Assembly: GCA_976551045.1 (NCBI GenBank)
Contig: CDPCPM010000164.1
Location: 7,440,001-7,504,000 of the forward strand
Source of the DNA: Glaucostegus cemiculus
Lineage: Eukaryota
DNA: 64,000 nt
Direction of reading: 5' to 3'
A program made the position numbers and the translations under genes. Every line of letters starts with the position of its first letter. Positions within the stretch are counted from its first letter, which is position 1. The notes under the pieces were generated by a model. That model did not search any database. It had not been told where the DNA came from and saw only the letters and a program-made list of their open reading frames with translations. Shown in pieces: positions 13,551-25,530 of the stretch.

Positions 13551-14457
13551 TTGGAAGTCAGGTGTGGGGATGTGACTGATGTTACCTCCCCATTGGAGCT
13601 GACTTTGCTGAGGTTGATGGCCTGGAAGAGGACACTGTCATTGCTTTACCTATCCTGCCAATGGATTTGGAGGACTTTGTCAAGACAGTGCCAGCAGTAC
13701 CCTTCCATCACGGAAATTGAATAGTTTCCCTGAAAATGAGCTCCACTTCAGCAGAAAGCTATTGGAAGTGAGCTTCAATATTCTGGCAAGTAAGACGGAG
13801 AACCATAAGCAGTTATCCGAGAGCTAGAGGTCATAATAAGATGATGATGAGAACTTTCTTGATAAAGAGTTGTGAATATTTGGATTTTCTACCCCAAAGA
13901 GCCAAGGATGCTCAGGACATTTACAACTGTAATCAAAAGAGTCCTGAACATAAAGGGAATCAAGGGATTGAGCATATAGGTGGATTTGAGGTCAAAATTA
14001 AGACACAATCCCACTGAATGGAAGGGAAGCCCAAAAGGCATATAGTCCATATTTTCTATTTCTTAAGATACTTTGATGCTTTTTAAGTATACTTAAATAT
14101 TAGATCTTACAGGCAATTGCCCTCAGTAATTTTCAGGTGAGTATCCCTAGGCTCATAGATATGATTGAAAGCATACAAATGCGAGCTAGTGGCTGCTAGT
14201 CTCACAAGCATGCCTTCCTTCCCCTTAAATTTCTTCAATTTGGAAAATGTAAAACATCAATGATATCCATTTATAAGGCACCTTCAAAGGTAGTGAAACA
14301 TCCCAAGGTGCTTCATAAGTGCATTATCAAGTAAACGTTGACACTGAACCAAATAAGGGCAGATGAGCCAATAGCTTGGCCACAGAGGTCAGGGTGGTGT
14401 AAAGGAGGAAAGGGTAGATGCAGGGACAGGTTTAAGGAAGGAAAATTAATAAAAAAT

Positions 14458-14648
14458 TGTGATGTTGGAAGTCTGAAAAACAAAAATGTTAGAAATATTC
14501 AGCAGGCCAGGCAGTAGCTGTGGAAAAAGAAGCAGAGGTGATCTTTCAGGTCAAAGTCCCTCATCAGAATTTCAACCTGTGATGTATGATCTAGTTCTCT
14601 TTCCACAGATGCTGCCTGACCTGCTGAGTGTTTCCAGAACTTTCTGGA
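14458..14648. mobile_element. Penelope-derived inverted-repeat element (tail-to-tail pseudo-LTR remnants)
   Basis: Left arm AGAAATATTCAGCAGGCCAGGCAGTAGCTGTGGAAAAAGAA is the imperfect reverse complement of right arm TTCTCTTTCCACAGATGCTGCCTGACCTGCTGAGTGTTTCCAG. The same terminus ends the Penelope RT fragment at 37.9 kb. Confidence 0.65.
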
Positions 14649-14671
14649 TTAAGAAAAGAGTAGATTTATAG

Positions 14672-15158
14672 GCTTGTAGAGTTACACAGCACAGAAACAG
14701 GCCCTGCAGCCCAACTCATCCATACTGACCAAAATGCTTATCTGAGCTAATCCCATTTGCCTGCATTCGGCCTGTATCCCTCTAAACCTTCCCTATCCAC
14801 ATACCTCTCCAAATGTAGTTTAAACGTTAGAGTTTTACCCGCTTCTACCAGCTCCTCTGGCAGCTTGTTCCAGATACCAGCCACCCTTCCTGTTAAAAAA
14901 TTGCCCCTCAGATCACCTTTAACTCTTTTCCCTCCCACCTTAAACCTATGCCCTCTAGTTTTAGACACCGCTACCCTGGATGAAAGACTGTAACTCTCTA
15001 CCCTACCTATTCCCCTCACAATTTTATAAACCTCTATAAGTTCACCCCACAGCCTTCTTCACTTCAGGGAAGACAGTCCCAGCTTATCCAATCTCTCTTT
15101 ATAACTCAAGCCTCTAGTCCAGGCAAGATTTCTGAGAGTCATTTCTACACCCTCTCTA
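14672..15158 (-). mobile_element. CR1 LINE 3' fragment, target of the full-length CR1; resumes at 19171-19185
   Basis: Minus ORF MRGIGRVESYSLSSRVAVSKTRGHRFKV...WNKLPEELVEAG. Removing the insert rejoins CCCTCTCTA|ACTTAATCACATC, which reads D-V-I-K-L-E-R-V on the minus strand. Confidence 0.85.
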
Positions 15159-15217
15159 GGGGCGAGGTAAGGTTTTAATTGTCTGTTAAGGTTAAATTAT
15201 CTATCATAAGTAGGAGT

Positions 15218-16183
15218 ATGAGTGCGGTTACTTGTTCTCAGCGTCGGATGTGGGAGATCCCGGAGCCTCCTGGCCTCCGGAAGGGGGAAGTCTGCGCCTG
15301 GTGTGTCGAGCTGCAGCTCTTGAGGGACCGTGTTAGGGAACTGGAGAGGCAGCTTGATGACCTTCGTCTGGTCAGGGAGAGTGAGGAGGTGATTGAGAGG
15401 AGTTATAGGCGGGTGGTCACGCCGGGACTGTTGGAATCGGAAAGTTGGGTCACGGTTAGGGAAGGGAAGGGGAAGGGGAAAGGGAATGGGAAGAGTAAGG
15501 TGATAGAGAGTACCCCGGTGGCTGTACCCCTTGTCAATAGGTACTCCTGCTTGAGTACCATTGAGGGGGGCAGCCTACCTGTGGGGAGCAGCAGTGGTGG
15601 TGTCTCTGTGGGGAGCAGCAGTGGTGGTGCGGAGCCTGGTCCTGTGGCTCAGGTGGATAGGGAAGGAGTCAGGAGGGCGCTAGTTATAGGGGACTCTATA
15701 GTGAGGTGGGCAGATAAGAGATTCTGTGGACGCAGGAAAGAAACTCGGAAGGTGGTTTGCCTCCCAGCTGCCAGGGTCCAGGATGTATCTGACCGCGTCC
15801 AAGAAATCTTGAAGGGGGAAGGAGAGCAGTCGGAGGTTGTGGTACACATTGGTACCAACGACACTGGTAAGGAAAGGAGCGAGGTCCTGAAAGGTGCCTA
15901 TAGGGAGATAGGAAGGAGGTTGAAAAGCAGGACCCCAAAGGTGGTAATTTCTGGAGTGTTACCTGTGCTAAGTGACAGTGGGTACAGGAACAGGATGAGG
16001 AGGAGGATTAATGCGTGGTTGAGGGACTGGAACAAGGAGCAAGGATTCAGTTTTCTGAATCTTTGGGGCCTCTTTTGGGGCAGGTATGACCTTTTCAAAG
16101 AGGACGGGTTGCTTTTGAACCCCAGGGGGACTAACATACTGGCCGGGAGGTTTGCTAAGGCTACTGGGGAGAGTTTAAACTAG
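15218..16183 (+). CDS. CR1 ORF1p (321 aa): CxxC..CxxC zinc finger, leucine zipper, SGNH/GDSL esterase; frame open but with probable inactivating substitutions
   Basis: ATG at 15218. Motifs CSQR...CAWC, LRDRVRELERQLDDL, VIGDSIVR (block I), HIGTND (block III) and DGLLLN (block V, normally DGLHLN). Confidence 0.88.
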   Translation: MSAVTCSQRRMWEIPEPPGLRKGEVCAWCVELQLLRDRVRELERQLDDLRLVRESEEVIERSYRRVVTPGLLESESWVTVREGKGKGKGNGKSKVIESTPVAVPLVNRYSCLSTIEGGSLPVGSSSGGVSVGSSSGGAEPGPVAQVDREGVRRALVIGDSIVRWADKRFCGRRKETRKVVCLPAARVQDVSDRVQEILKGEGEQSEVVVHIGTNDTGKERSEVLKGAYREIGRRLKSRTPKVVISGVLPVLSDSGYRNRMRRRINAWLRDWNKEQGFSFLNLWGLFWGRYDLFKEDGLLLNPRGTNILAGRFAKATGESLN

Positions 16184-16226
16184 AAGTGCTGGGGGTGGGA
16201 TTTGTGCTGGAGTGGTCAGGGAAGAG

Positions 16227-19084
16227 ATGGTAGGCTCTCGGTTAGTGGAGGCTGGGAGTAAGTATCGTAGGCAGGTGTTAGAGAAGGGAAATGTTCAAAT
16301 GAGTTTGAGATGTCTCTATTTTAATGCGAGGAGTATTGTTAACAAGGCAGATGAGCTTAGAGCTTGGATTGATACTTGGAGATATGATGTGGTGGCCATT
16401 ACTGAGACTTGGTTGACCCCGGGGCTGGAATGGTTGATTCAGGTGCCGGGGTTTAGATGCTTCAGGAAGGACAGGCAGGGGGGCAAGAGGGGAGGTGGAG
16501 TGGCACTGTTGATCAGAGAGAGTGTTACGGCTACGGAAAAGGTGGAAGCTGTGGAGGGATTGTCTACGGAGTCCCTGTGGGTGGAGGTTAGGAACAGCAA
16601 AGGGTCCGTAACGTTACTGGGTGTTTTTTATAGGCCGCCCGATAGTGACAGGGTTATTGAGGAGCAGATAGGGAAGCAGATCCTAGAAAAATGTGAGAAT
16701 AACAGAGTTGTGATGATGGGGGATTTTAATTTCCCAAACGTCGACTGGCGTCTCCAGACGGTGAGGGGTTTAGATGGGCTGGAGTTTGTTAAGCGTGCTC
16801 AGGAAGGGCTCTTGACACAGTATGTGGATAGTCCTATGAGAGGAGAGGCTGTGCTGGATTTGATACTGGGTAATGAACCTGGTCAGGTGTCAGATCTCTC
16901 GGTGGGAGAACATTTTGGTGATAGTGACCATAATTCTATCTCCTTTATGTTGGCAATGGAGAGGGATAGGAACAGACACACTAGAAAAGTGTATAATTGG
17001 AGTAGAGGGGATTATGAGGGCCTCAGGCAAGAAATTGGAAGATTAAATTGGGAGCAGATGTTCTCTGGGAAAAGTACAGAGGATATGTGGCAGATATTCA
17101 GGGGGTATTTGGGTGGAGCTCTTCACAGACATGTTCCATTGAGACAGGGAAGTCGTGAGAGGATGCGGGAACCGTGGTGCACGGAGGCCATAATAAAGCT
17201 AGTTAAGGAGAAAAGAAAAGCGCACAAAAGGTACAGGGAGCTAGGTAATGTTAGTGATCTGGAAGATTACAGGGCTAATAGGAAGGAATTTAAGAAAGAG
17301 ATTAGGAGAGCCAGAAGGGGACATGAGAAGACCTTGGCGGGTAGGATTAAGGAAAACTCCAAGGCGTTCTACAGGTATGTGAAGAGTAAGAGGATGAGAT
17401 GTGAAAGGATAGGGCCTATCAAGAGTAGAAGCGGGAAAGTGTGTATGGATTCGGAAGAAATAGCGGAGGTGTTAAATGAATACTTTACTTCGGTATTCAC
17501 TACGGAGAAGGAGCTAGGGGATTGTAGTGGGGCTTGCAGTGGCCAGAAAGGATTGAGCGGGTGGAAATTAGAAAGGAGGAGGTGCTGAAACTTTTGGAGA
17601 GTATTAAGTTAGATAAGTCACCGGGGCTGGACGAGATGTATCCCAGGTTGCTGTGGGAGGTGAGGGAGGAGATTGCGGAGCCTCTGACGATGATCTTTGC
17701 ATCGTCGATGGAGATGGGAGAGGTTCCGGTAGATTGGAGGGTTGCGGATGTTGTGCCGTTATTCAAGAAGGGGAATAGGGATAGCCCGGGGAACTATAGA
17801 CCGGTGAGTCTTACCTCGGTGGTGGGTAAGCTGCTGGAGAGGATCCTGAGAGGCAGGATTTATGAACACTTGGAGAAGTATGGCATGATTAGAAATAGTC
17901 AGCATGGTTTTGTCAAGGGCAGGTCTTGTCTGATGAGTCTTATAGAATTTTTTGAAGAAGTGATCAAGAGTGTCGATGAAGGGAGATCTGTAGATGTAGT
18001 GTATATGGATTTTAGCAAGGCTTTTGATAAGGTGCCCCATGTGAGGCTTATGAAGAAGGTGAGGAGACACAGGATCCAGGGGGACATTGCAGTGTGGATT
18101 CAGAATTGGCTGGCCCACAGAAGGCAAAGAGTGGTTGTGGAAGGGTCGTATTCTGAGTGGAGGTCGGTGACCTCCGGTGTACCTCAGGGATCTGTGCTGG
18201 GACCCTTGCTGTTTGTCATCTTTATAAATGACCTGGATGAGGAAGTGGAGGGGTGGGTTAGTAAGTTTGCTGATGACACGAAGGTTGGGGGAGTTGTGGA
18301 TAGTTTGGGGGGCTGTCAGAGGCTACAGAGGGACATAGATAGGATGCAGAGTTGGGCTGAGAAATGGCAGATGGAGTTCAACCCGGATAAATGTGAAGTG
18401 GTTCATTCTGGTAGGTCGAATAGGTTGGCGGAATATAGAATTAATGGTAAGACTCTTGGCAGTGTGGAGGATCAGAGGGATCTTGGGGTTTGAGTCCATA
18501 GGACGCTCAAGGTGGCTGCGCAGGTTGACTCTGTGGTTAGGAAGGCGTATGATGTATTGTCCTTCATCGGTCGAGGGATTGAAGTTAGGAGTAGGGAGGT
18601 AATGCTTCAGTTGTATAGGCCCCTGGTCAGACCCCACCTGGAGTATTGTGTTCAGTTCTGGTTGCCTCACTACAGGAAGGATGTGGAAGCTATAGAGAGG
18701 GTACAGAGGAGGTTTACGAGGATGCTGCCTGGAATGAGGAGCATGCCTTATGAGAGCAGGCTGCGGGAACTCGGCCTTTTCTCCTTGAAGAGAAGGAGGA
18801 TGAGGGGGGACCTGATTGAGGTGTATAAGATGATGAGAGGTATGGATAGGGTAGATAGTCGGAGGCTTTTCCCCAGGGCTGAAATGGTGGCCACAAGAGG
18901 ACATAGGTTTAAGGTGCTGGGGGGAAGATATAGGGGAGATGTTAGGGGTAAGTTTTTTATTCAGAGAGTGATGAGTGCGTGGAATGGGCTGCTGGAGATG
19001 GTGGTGGAGTCGGATACGTTAGGGTCTTTCAAGAGACTGTTGGATAGGTACATGGAGGTAAATAAGATAGAAGGTTATGGGTAA
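16227..19084 (+). pseudogene. CR1 ORF2p (endonuclease plus reverse transcriptase), disrupted
   Basis: EN motifs YFNARSI, ITETWL, GDFNFP, SDH. RT motifs YRPVSLTS, DFSKAFDKV, GVPQGSVLGP, FADD. One frameshift near 17530 and one TGA at 18491-18493 (probably CGA>TGA). The reading frame continues to TAA at 19082-19084. Confidence 0.92.
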
Positions 19085-20019
19085 GCCTAATAGTGTGGGG
19101 ACATGTTCGGCACAGCTTTGTGGGCTGAAGGGCCTGAATTGTGCTGTAGGTATCTATGTTCTATGTTCTAACTTAATCACATCTTTAATCAATCTGGGAG
19201 GTTAAGACCCAGACAGCTGAAGGCATGGTTGCCAGTGATGGAAAGATGAAAAACTCCATAATTTCCTTGATTTATGAATATCAAGGGACTCTTCAACTGA
19301 TAACTCGCAAACTTGCATGAATTTCCATGGAAGTTACCATAAAATCTGCTTTTCATATCTCCTCCTATTTTGATGTTCTCGCGGCTTAGATAAATTCCAG
19401 TAAACACTTCAATTACAGACCGCTTTCCAATAAGTTTGCAGGCAGTATATTCAGCTATTTTCGTTTCAACTTTACTATTCCCTGTCGATATTAATGGTGA
19501 TATCAAAGAAGCTCAGTAGATAAGAAACAAAAGAATAAAGACATCAGATAAAAATAATCATCTCTAAGGAGACTGAAAGTGGAAGAAAAATTCAGAACTG
19601 TGTCAGCCTCTTAAGAATTTTATCACGAGGAATTTTTCTTTACACCCACTCTAGATAGGCAAACAGAAAAGATTGCAGCATCTCATTCTAAACAAACAGC
19701 AAATCATGCTGTGCTTTATTAAAATCCATTAAAATGCATTTAATTATTGAAGTGAAATCCTTACACCATTGGTGCGTGAGTGCGTTACACTAGCCTGAGG
19801 ACCTGAAAGAAGATTGCCTACTGCACATATTGGGAAACAATCTCATTAAAAATTCACTGATTTCCCGACACTGGGACTGAGCCAGTATTACAACATGTTG
19901 TTTGTGTCACAACATGAGTGAAGTTACAAAAATAATCAAGGTAATGCGTCTTTCTTTTCAGCAAATTTATAAACTGCTAATAAAATTGAACATGAAAGCA
20001 GCCATTCCAGTATTCTTTG

Positions 20020-20935
20020 TCCCAGGCAGTCCTTGAAGATTGAGGATGACTTGCTGCCAATCCAGATCCATGGTTGATGTGGCCTGTGTGGGGCCCACAG
20101 ACTCTGTTACAGTGGGGCCAGGGAGTTATTAAAAGGGAGGTTGGGTGGGTTGTTTGGGATGTTGTGCTCACCTTCTGCTACCTGGCACAGCTTCTGTCTG
20201 ATTCCATCAGCGTGTTCCCTGCCTTCCTGGATGCTTCTTCCCCATGAGGTGGGGAGTAAGATACAATTTTTTGGGCAGCTTTTAGGAATAACCTTGAAGC
20301 ATTTTCTTTGAGCTCCTGCAAACTGATAGCTCAGTGTGAAAGGCTTGTTTTGGGACTCTGGTGTCAGACATGTGGATGACGTGGCCACCCAGCTGAGTTA
20401 GTTGGGCCCAATCAGAGTGTCAATGCTGGTTCATCTGTCCTACCAGGGAGGATTTTACAGAGACAAGGATGGCGGTACTTCTCCAGAGCTTTGTGGTTCT
20501 CCAGAGCTTCCGTTAACTGTCTGAAGCATTCAAGAAAGTAAGGATCATTGCTGCTCACTAGCACATGACTTTGGTGCTGGGGTTTGAGATCGCAAACTTC
20601 AGCCTTTTCCTCTGTTAGCCAGTTTGTGCTTTTGCACTGGAGGCACTGCTGAATTTCATCATCAGTGTCTGCCTTTGATAAGAGGTGGTTCCCAAGGTGA
20701 TCCATATTTTCCAAGGCTCTCTCGCGGAACTTGATTGTTGGGGACAGTGATATAACCAGGTGGAAGGTTGATAGAAGGCCTTTGTCTTCCCACTATTTAG
20801 TACAAGATACATGTATGAATTCAACAATGACCTGGAGCTCAAATGTACCCATACCCATGTGTCATCTGCATCCTGTAAAATGATAGCCTTGTTTCTGGAA
20901 CAGAGGTGATGAAGGTTGAGGAGCTTCCTATTTGT
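20020..20935 (-). mobile_element. RTE-clade LINE fragment (RT C-terminus plus 3' UTR), decayed
   Basis: Minus peptide ENMDHLGNHLLSKADTDDEIQQCLQC resembles the RTE motif LENVDHFxYLGSxLSxKADIDDEIQxRLQCA. Also KALEKYRHPCLCKIL. Confidence 0.75.
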
Positions 20936-21344
20936 CCTGTAGAATAACTCAACACTGGCAGGAGGTTTGTAGAAGATGGGATGCAGAATTCTAGATCACA
21001 TGGTGTAGCAGACATAAACAAATTTTTGAAGATGACCAAATTTAAGATTTCTCCATAATTCGTCTCTCTGTTGTGAGGTTGAGAAAAGCCCATTGGACAT
21101 GGGTACCAAGTTAAAAACTTCACTGATTTCCTATTTGCCCAATCCACACCAGTATGAGGGAATACATAATCATTGAAATCCATTCCCCTCTTCACACTAC
21201 CTCCAAACATATCTTCATCAATTTTTCCCATCAACCTTAACTCTGTTTCTACCTGCACATTGGCTGGCTGACCTGCAAAGTATTTCGAGCATTTTCTGTT
21301 TTTATTTCAGATCTTTAGTCACTACAGTATTTTGCTTTTGGATT

Positions 21345-21700
21345 GGAATACATGGAGTCCAGAAGAATAGGAAGTGGTCTTAATGAAACATGTCAAATCC
21401 CAAACTAACAGGGTAACTGCTGAAAGGACGTTTCTTGAGGTGGAGAGATCCAGAACCAGAAAGTATAGTTTCATAATAAGGGCTTGTCCCATTTAAGATT
21501 AAGATAGAGGATTACTTTCTCAACAGGTTGTGAATCATTGGAATTCTCTATTCCAGAGAACCAAGGTGGCTGAATGTTTATTTGAGAACACTGGATACCC
21601 ATTAGCCACTGAAGGTTATTAGGATCAAGCAGGAAGATGAGTTGAGTCAGAATCAGACCAGTCATGGTCTTACTGAATAGAGGGGGGTGGGGGGAAACAT
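21345..21700 (+). mobile_element. Old CR1 3' fragment
   Basis: TTCTCAACAGGTTGTGAATCATTGGAATTCTCTATTCCAGAG resembles F-S-Q-R-V-V-N-L-W-N-S-L-P-Q. Heavily decayed. Confidence 0.55.
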
Positions 21701-24399
21701 ATATCTGGTTCTCCATGTTCTCCCCATGTCTGGTGACCATTCCTTCAGCTGCCAAGGCCCTAAAGTTCTGGTGTTTCCTCCCAAAAACCTCTCTAAATCT
21801 CTCTTTTACTCTTTAAATTACATTTTAATTTAATTTAATTTAATTTAAGATGCTCTGATCCTTAACTCTTTGGCTGAGCTTTTAGTTATCTACCTTAATG
21901 TAAAAGAAGGAAAACATCTGTGTAGCTATGGTACCTTTCACATAACCAAGTGCTTTGTATGATTTACCTCTAAAGCGTGATTACTTTTGTGATGTCAGAA
22001 AATGTGGCAGCCAACTTAAGCACAGCAAGCTACTCATCTAGCTCAATATCAAATTTTGTTTGACGAAGCACCTTGGGATGTTTACCGTGTTAAAGATGCT
22101 ACATAAGTGCAATTAATAATTGTTACTGCCTGTCTATTTACAAAGAAGGGGACGGAAGTCATGCTTGGATGTTCACTGTGCTGCCAGCTATCAGACTGGT
22201 TGTCATTTTAACTGTGGAATATTCTTGCTGTCACTGAGCCATATTAATTCATATAATTAGGAGCATATAATTGTGTGAATCAGACAGACTAAATGATATT
22301 TGAAAATTCAAAATATAGCACAGGATATTAGAGCACAGTTGTTTTTTCACCATTTTACACAACAGTATTTGGACATTATTTTAAAAGATACTTAGTGAAC
22401 AAAGAGGAAAATGCGGTTACTTGGAGTACTATCAAAAATATTTGTCCTTTCTACCTTTTCTAGGCCTCTGAAATGAAACAATACGGATCTTTCCAATTTA
22501 ATATGGAACTGCCTACAAAACCAGAACTATCCTGAGAAGAAGAACAGATATCCTGCTACTATACTCATCGTTTACATCACATTGGAATGAGGTCTATTTC
22601 CATTTCAGTGTACTTCAATAGACTGATGTCTGAGTACAGCGAGGGAGTGCTGTGACTTTGGAATGCACTTAATGAAGATGAGGTGTTAAGCTGAATCTTG
22701 CCTTCCAACTACTTTGATTCTGGTTGATGTTAAAATTCAAGGGAAATCTGTTCTTTCACGATTTACTCCTTGACCTCTGGCACAGCAACTCCGAGGTACT
22801 TATCCTCATCATCAAATCCACGCATGGTCTTGTTTCATGTTACATCTGCAGTCTACTCCAATCGTACCACACAGCATATTTTCACTCTGGATCATTGTAT
22901 GTTTTAGCTTAGGTTGGTAACACAACCCTCGACCAACAATGCCCCTAAGGCCTGGGATGTTCCAAAATATTCTCTCTGCTTTAATCTTGATATCCCCATC
23001 TTAAAAAGCCTCCACAAAACTTACTGCTTTGATCACATCTTCAGTCAGCTCAAGGGTCTTACCCCCAGGTTTGTGCTTGCTGTCCACTGAATGCCCCCTC
23101 ATGAACCTCTAAGATGCTCAGGGACATTATATGAAAGGGAGTATATAAATGTAATTGTTGTTTCAAAATGAATGCTCTTATTTACACATATGATTTACAT
23201 TAGTTTGTCAAATCCACTAAATAAATGACAGATAAACAGTAATGTATACAAGTAGCTAAAGGAGAGAGCTTTATCCTATTTAACAAAGTCATTAGGGAAA
23301 TTACTTCGGTCTTTTGTGTAGAGTACAGTCAGCACATTCTTGTCTTCAGTCTCCTATATCTGAACATCACTACAGAGCTTAATACAAGAAGACAGGAATT
23401 AATTAAATCCTTTTGGGCATCTGGTGATGCATTATAAAAACAAACAAAAAAATAGTGGATGTGATATAATCTCAGCACAGGCTTTAATTAACATCAGAAT
23501 GACACTTACATATGAAAAATTATTAATACACACCAATATTGTGTACAATCTCACTGAATAAACAGTGAGGAGTAAATGTGAAAAGGCCATGAAACTTACA
23601 AATGTCGCAGTACATTACCAGGGATACTGGGCTGCTGCAGCTTGTATTCCCATGTTTCATATTTCAAGCAACAGATTACACCTGTGTTCAAATGCATGAA
23701 TAATTCCTGAAGGAAAATACAAGAAAATTGTGGATTTTCGTGAAAAGATATGAACTGAAAATATCAAAGACAATGACCATTTCTGGGTTTGTCTCATGTC
23801 TAAACAAAAAGGAGGAAGTCATATTTATATGGTTCCTTTTATTTCCAGACAGAAGGATGAAGAATTGAAAGGAACGGTGGGTTGCATTTATTAGTGAACT
23901 ATGAGCTCTCTCTGTGAAACCACTTCAGCCTCATTAATAATTAACAGTTTCACATGCAACTCTTCTGCAAAACATTGTGGTAAAAGCTGATTTTGCAGTT
24001 GGTTCACACCCTTTTCCTTGTCTTTCCATATTTCCTATTATGTGAATTTAAGTACTTTCTAAGAGAGAGTTCCTTCTGAGTTCTGCAGGGAATCTGCAGC
24101 CCCAGTAACATGTTTAACGTCTCTGCCATAACGTATGCAACAAGTGATTGTTTCCCCCTCTCACGCTGTTACTTTTCATTCTCTCCCCACTCCTGGCCTT
24201 GTATTTCTTGAGCATCAAACACTGGATGAGTAAAACTTTCCCCAATCCAAATTCTGGGATATTGGGAGACCTAAGTCATTGCCTTCAGTAATAAGAAAAT
24301 GGTGGGAACATCCATTTGTGGAGAGAAAATTAATGTTCGTTGTCTTTGGTCCATCACAAACTCTGTTCCCCTGCCACTGACTCTATCCATCTCTGTCAC

Positions 24400-25530
24400 C
24401 ACTGAAATGTAACTAGATTGTTCACAAGGTGAGTGTCACATTGGACCCAGTTGTCTACTTCCACCCCTGCAGTATCACCGCACTGGGCTGCTGCCTCCAC
24501 ACATTTGCTGCTGAAAACCGCATCTCCGTTACTATTCCATTGCACTCATGACTGGCTGGCCTGCCTTATTTTGTAAATTTGAGGTAATCCAAAACTCTTC
24601 TACCCCTGTCCTAGCTGCCATCTGTTCATCTATTCTTCTCTTTAAGCCATCCCTGGGGGTCGAGGATGGCTTACTTCCACTCCAGGTTTATGGGTTCTGA
24701 GGTGGCTAATGAGGTCAATGCAGGATCTGCAATCTACTTATTCAAGGGACGTGGGCTTTGCAGGCTGAGCCAACATTTAATTGCCCATCCCTAGTTGCCC
24801 TTGAGAAGGTGGTGGTGAGCTGCCTACTTGAACCGCTGCAGTCCTCAAGGTGTGGGTATATCCACAGTGCTGTTAGGAAGAGAGCTCAAGGATTTTGACC
24901 CAGCGATGGTGAAGGAACAACAATAAGACAGGATGGTGTGTGACCTGGAGAGCATCTTCCAGGTGGTGATGTTCCTATGCTTTTGCTGCCCTTGTCCTTC
25001 TAGCTTGTACAGTTCGTGGATTCGGAAGATGCTGTCTAAGGAGTCTTGGTGAGTTACTGCAATGTATCCTGTAGTTAGTACAAACTGGTGCTACTGTGCG
25101 CTGGTGGTGGAATGAGAAGCCACACAATCCTTTGTTTGCTGACCTACACTAACTCCCAATTAAACAACACATTACAAGATTTTAAAATTCCAGTCCTTGT
25201 TTTCAAAACTCCCCACTGCCTCATTGTTCCCACAACTCTTCCATCCCTACAAGACTGTGGTATCTGCACCACTTCAATTCTGGACCCTTGCAGACAACAA
25301 GATTTAATTGCTCCATCACTGGCAGTTGTGCCTTCAGCTTCCTGACCCCTAACATTTAGGATTTCCTTGCTAAACATCTTCTTGTCTCTCCTCATTTAAC
25401 GAACATCTTAAAACCCACCTCTTTTGACCAGCCTTTTGATCACCTCTGTTAAAATGTAGCTCAGTGTCAAACTTTGCTCAGTAACACTCCAGTGAAGTGC
25501 ACTGGGGCATTTTACAATTAAAGTAATGTA
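24400..25530 (+). mobile_element. L2-like LINE 3' fragment interrupted by a short RTE 3' piece (about 24635-24735) and a CR1-like LINE piece (about 24745-25115, minus)
   Basis: L2-like segments GAGGTAATCCAAAACTC..., TTTTAAAATTCCAGTCCTTGTTTTCAAA and AAAACCCACCTCTTTTGACCAGCC. The inserted block CCCTTGAGAAGGTGGTGGTGAGCTGCC is also seen at 44.4 and 48.2 kb. Confidence 0.5.

Larger units (their letters stand above)
12622..13790 (-). mobile_element. RTE-clade LINE 3' portion carrying two CR1 insertions
   Basis: (AAG)n tail at 12622 (CTTCTTCTT on +). RTE-like segments at 12630-12910, 13235-13295 and 13552-13790 are colinear with the better-preserved RTE copy at 20.0-20.9 kb. Confidence 0.6.
15159..19170 (+). 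mobile_element. Near full-length CR1-clade LINE (elasmobranch HER1-like), about 4.0 kb
   Basis: Short 5' UTR, ORF1 (zinc finger/leucine zipper plus SGNH esterase), ORF2 (APE endonuclease plus RT) and a 3' UTR ending (TTCTATG)n. TCTA is present at both junctions. The sense strand is visibly G-rich and C-poor. Confidence 0.95.

Noticed and set aside
18491-18493. In-frame TGA codons in CR1 ORF2 and Gypsy pol as readthrough or selenocysteine
   Set aside because: Each is one transition from CGA or TGG at conserved positions, and the same ORFs also carry frameshifts.
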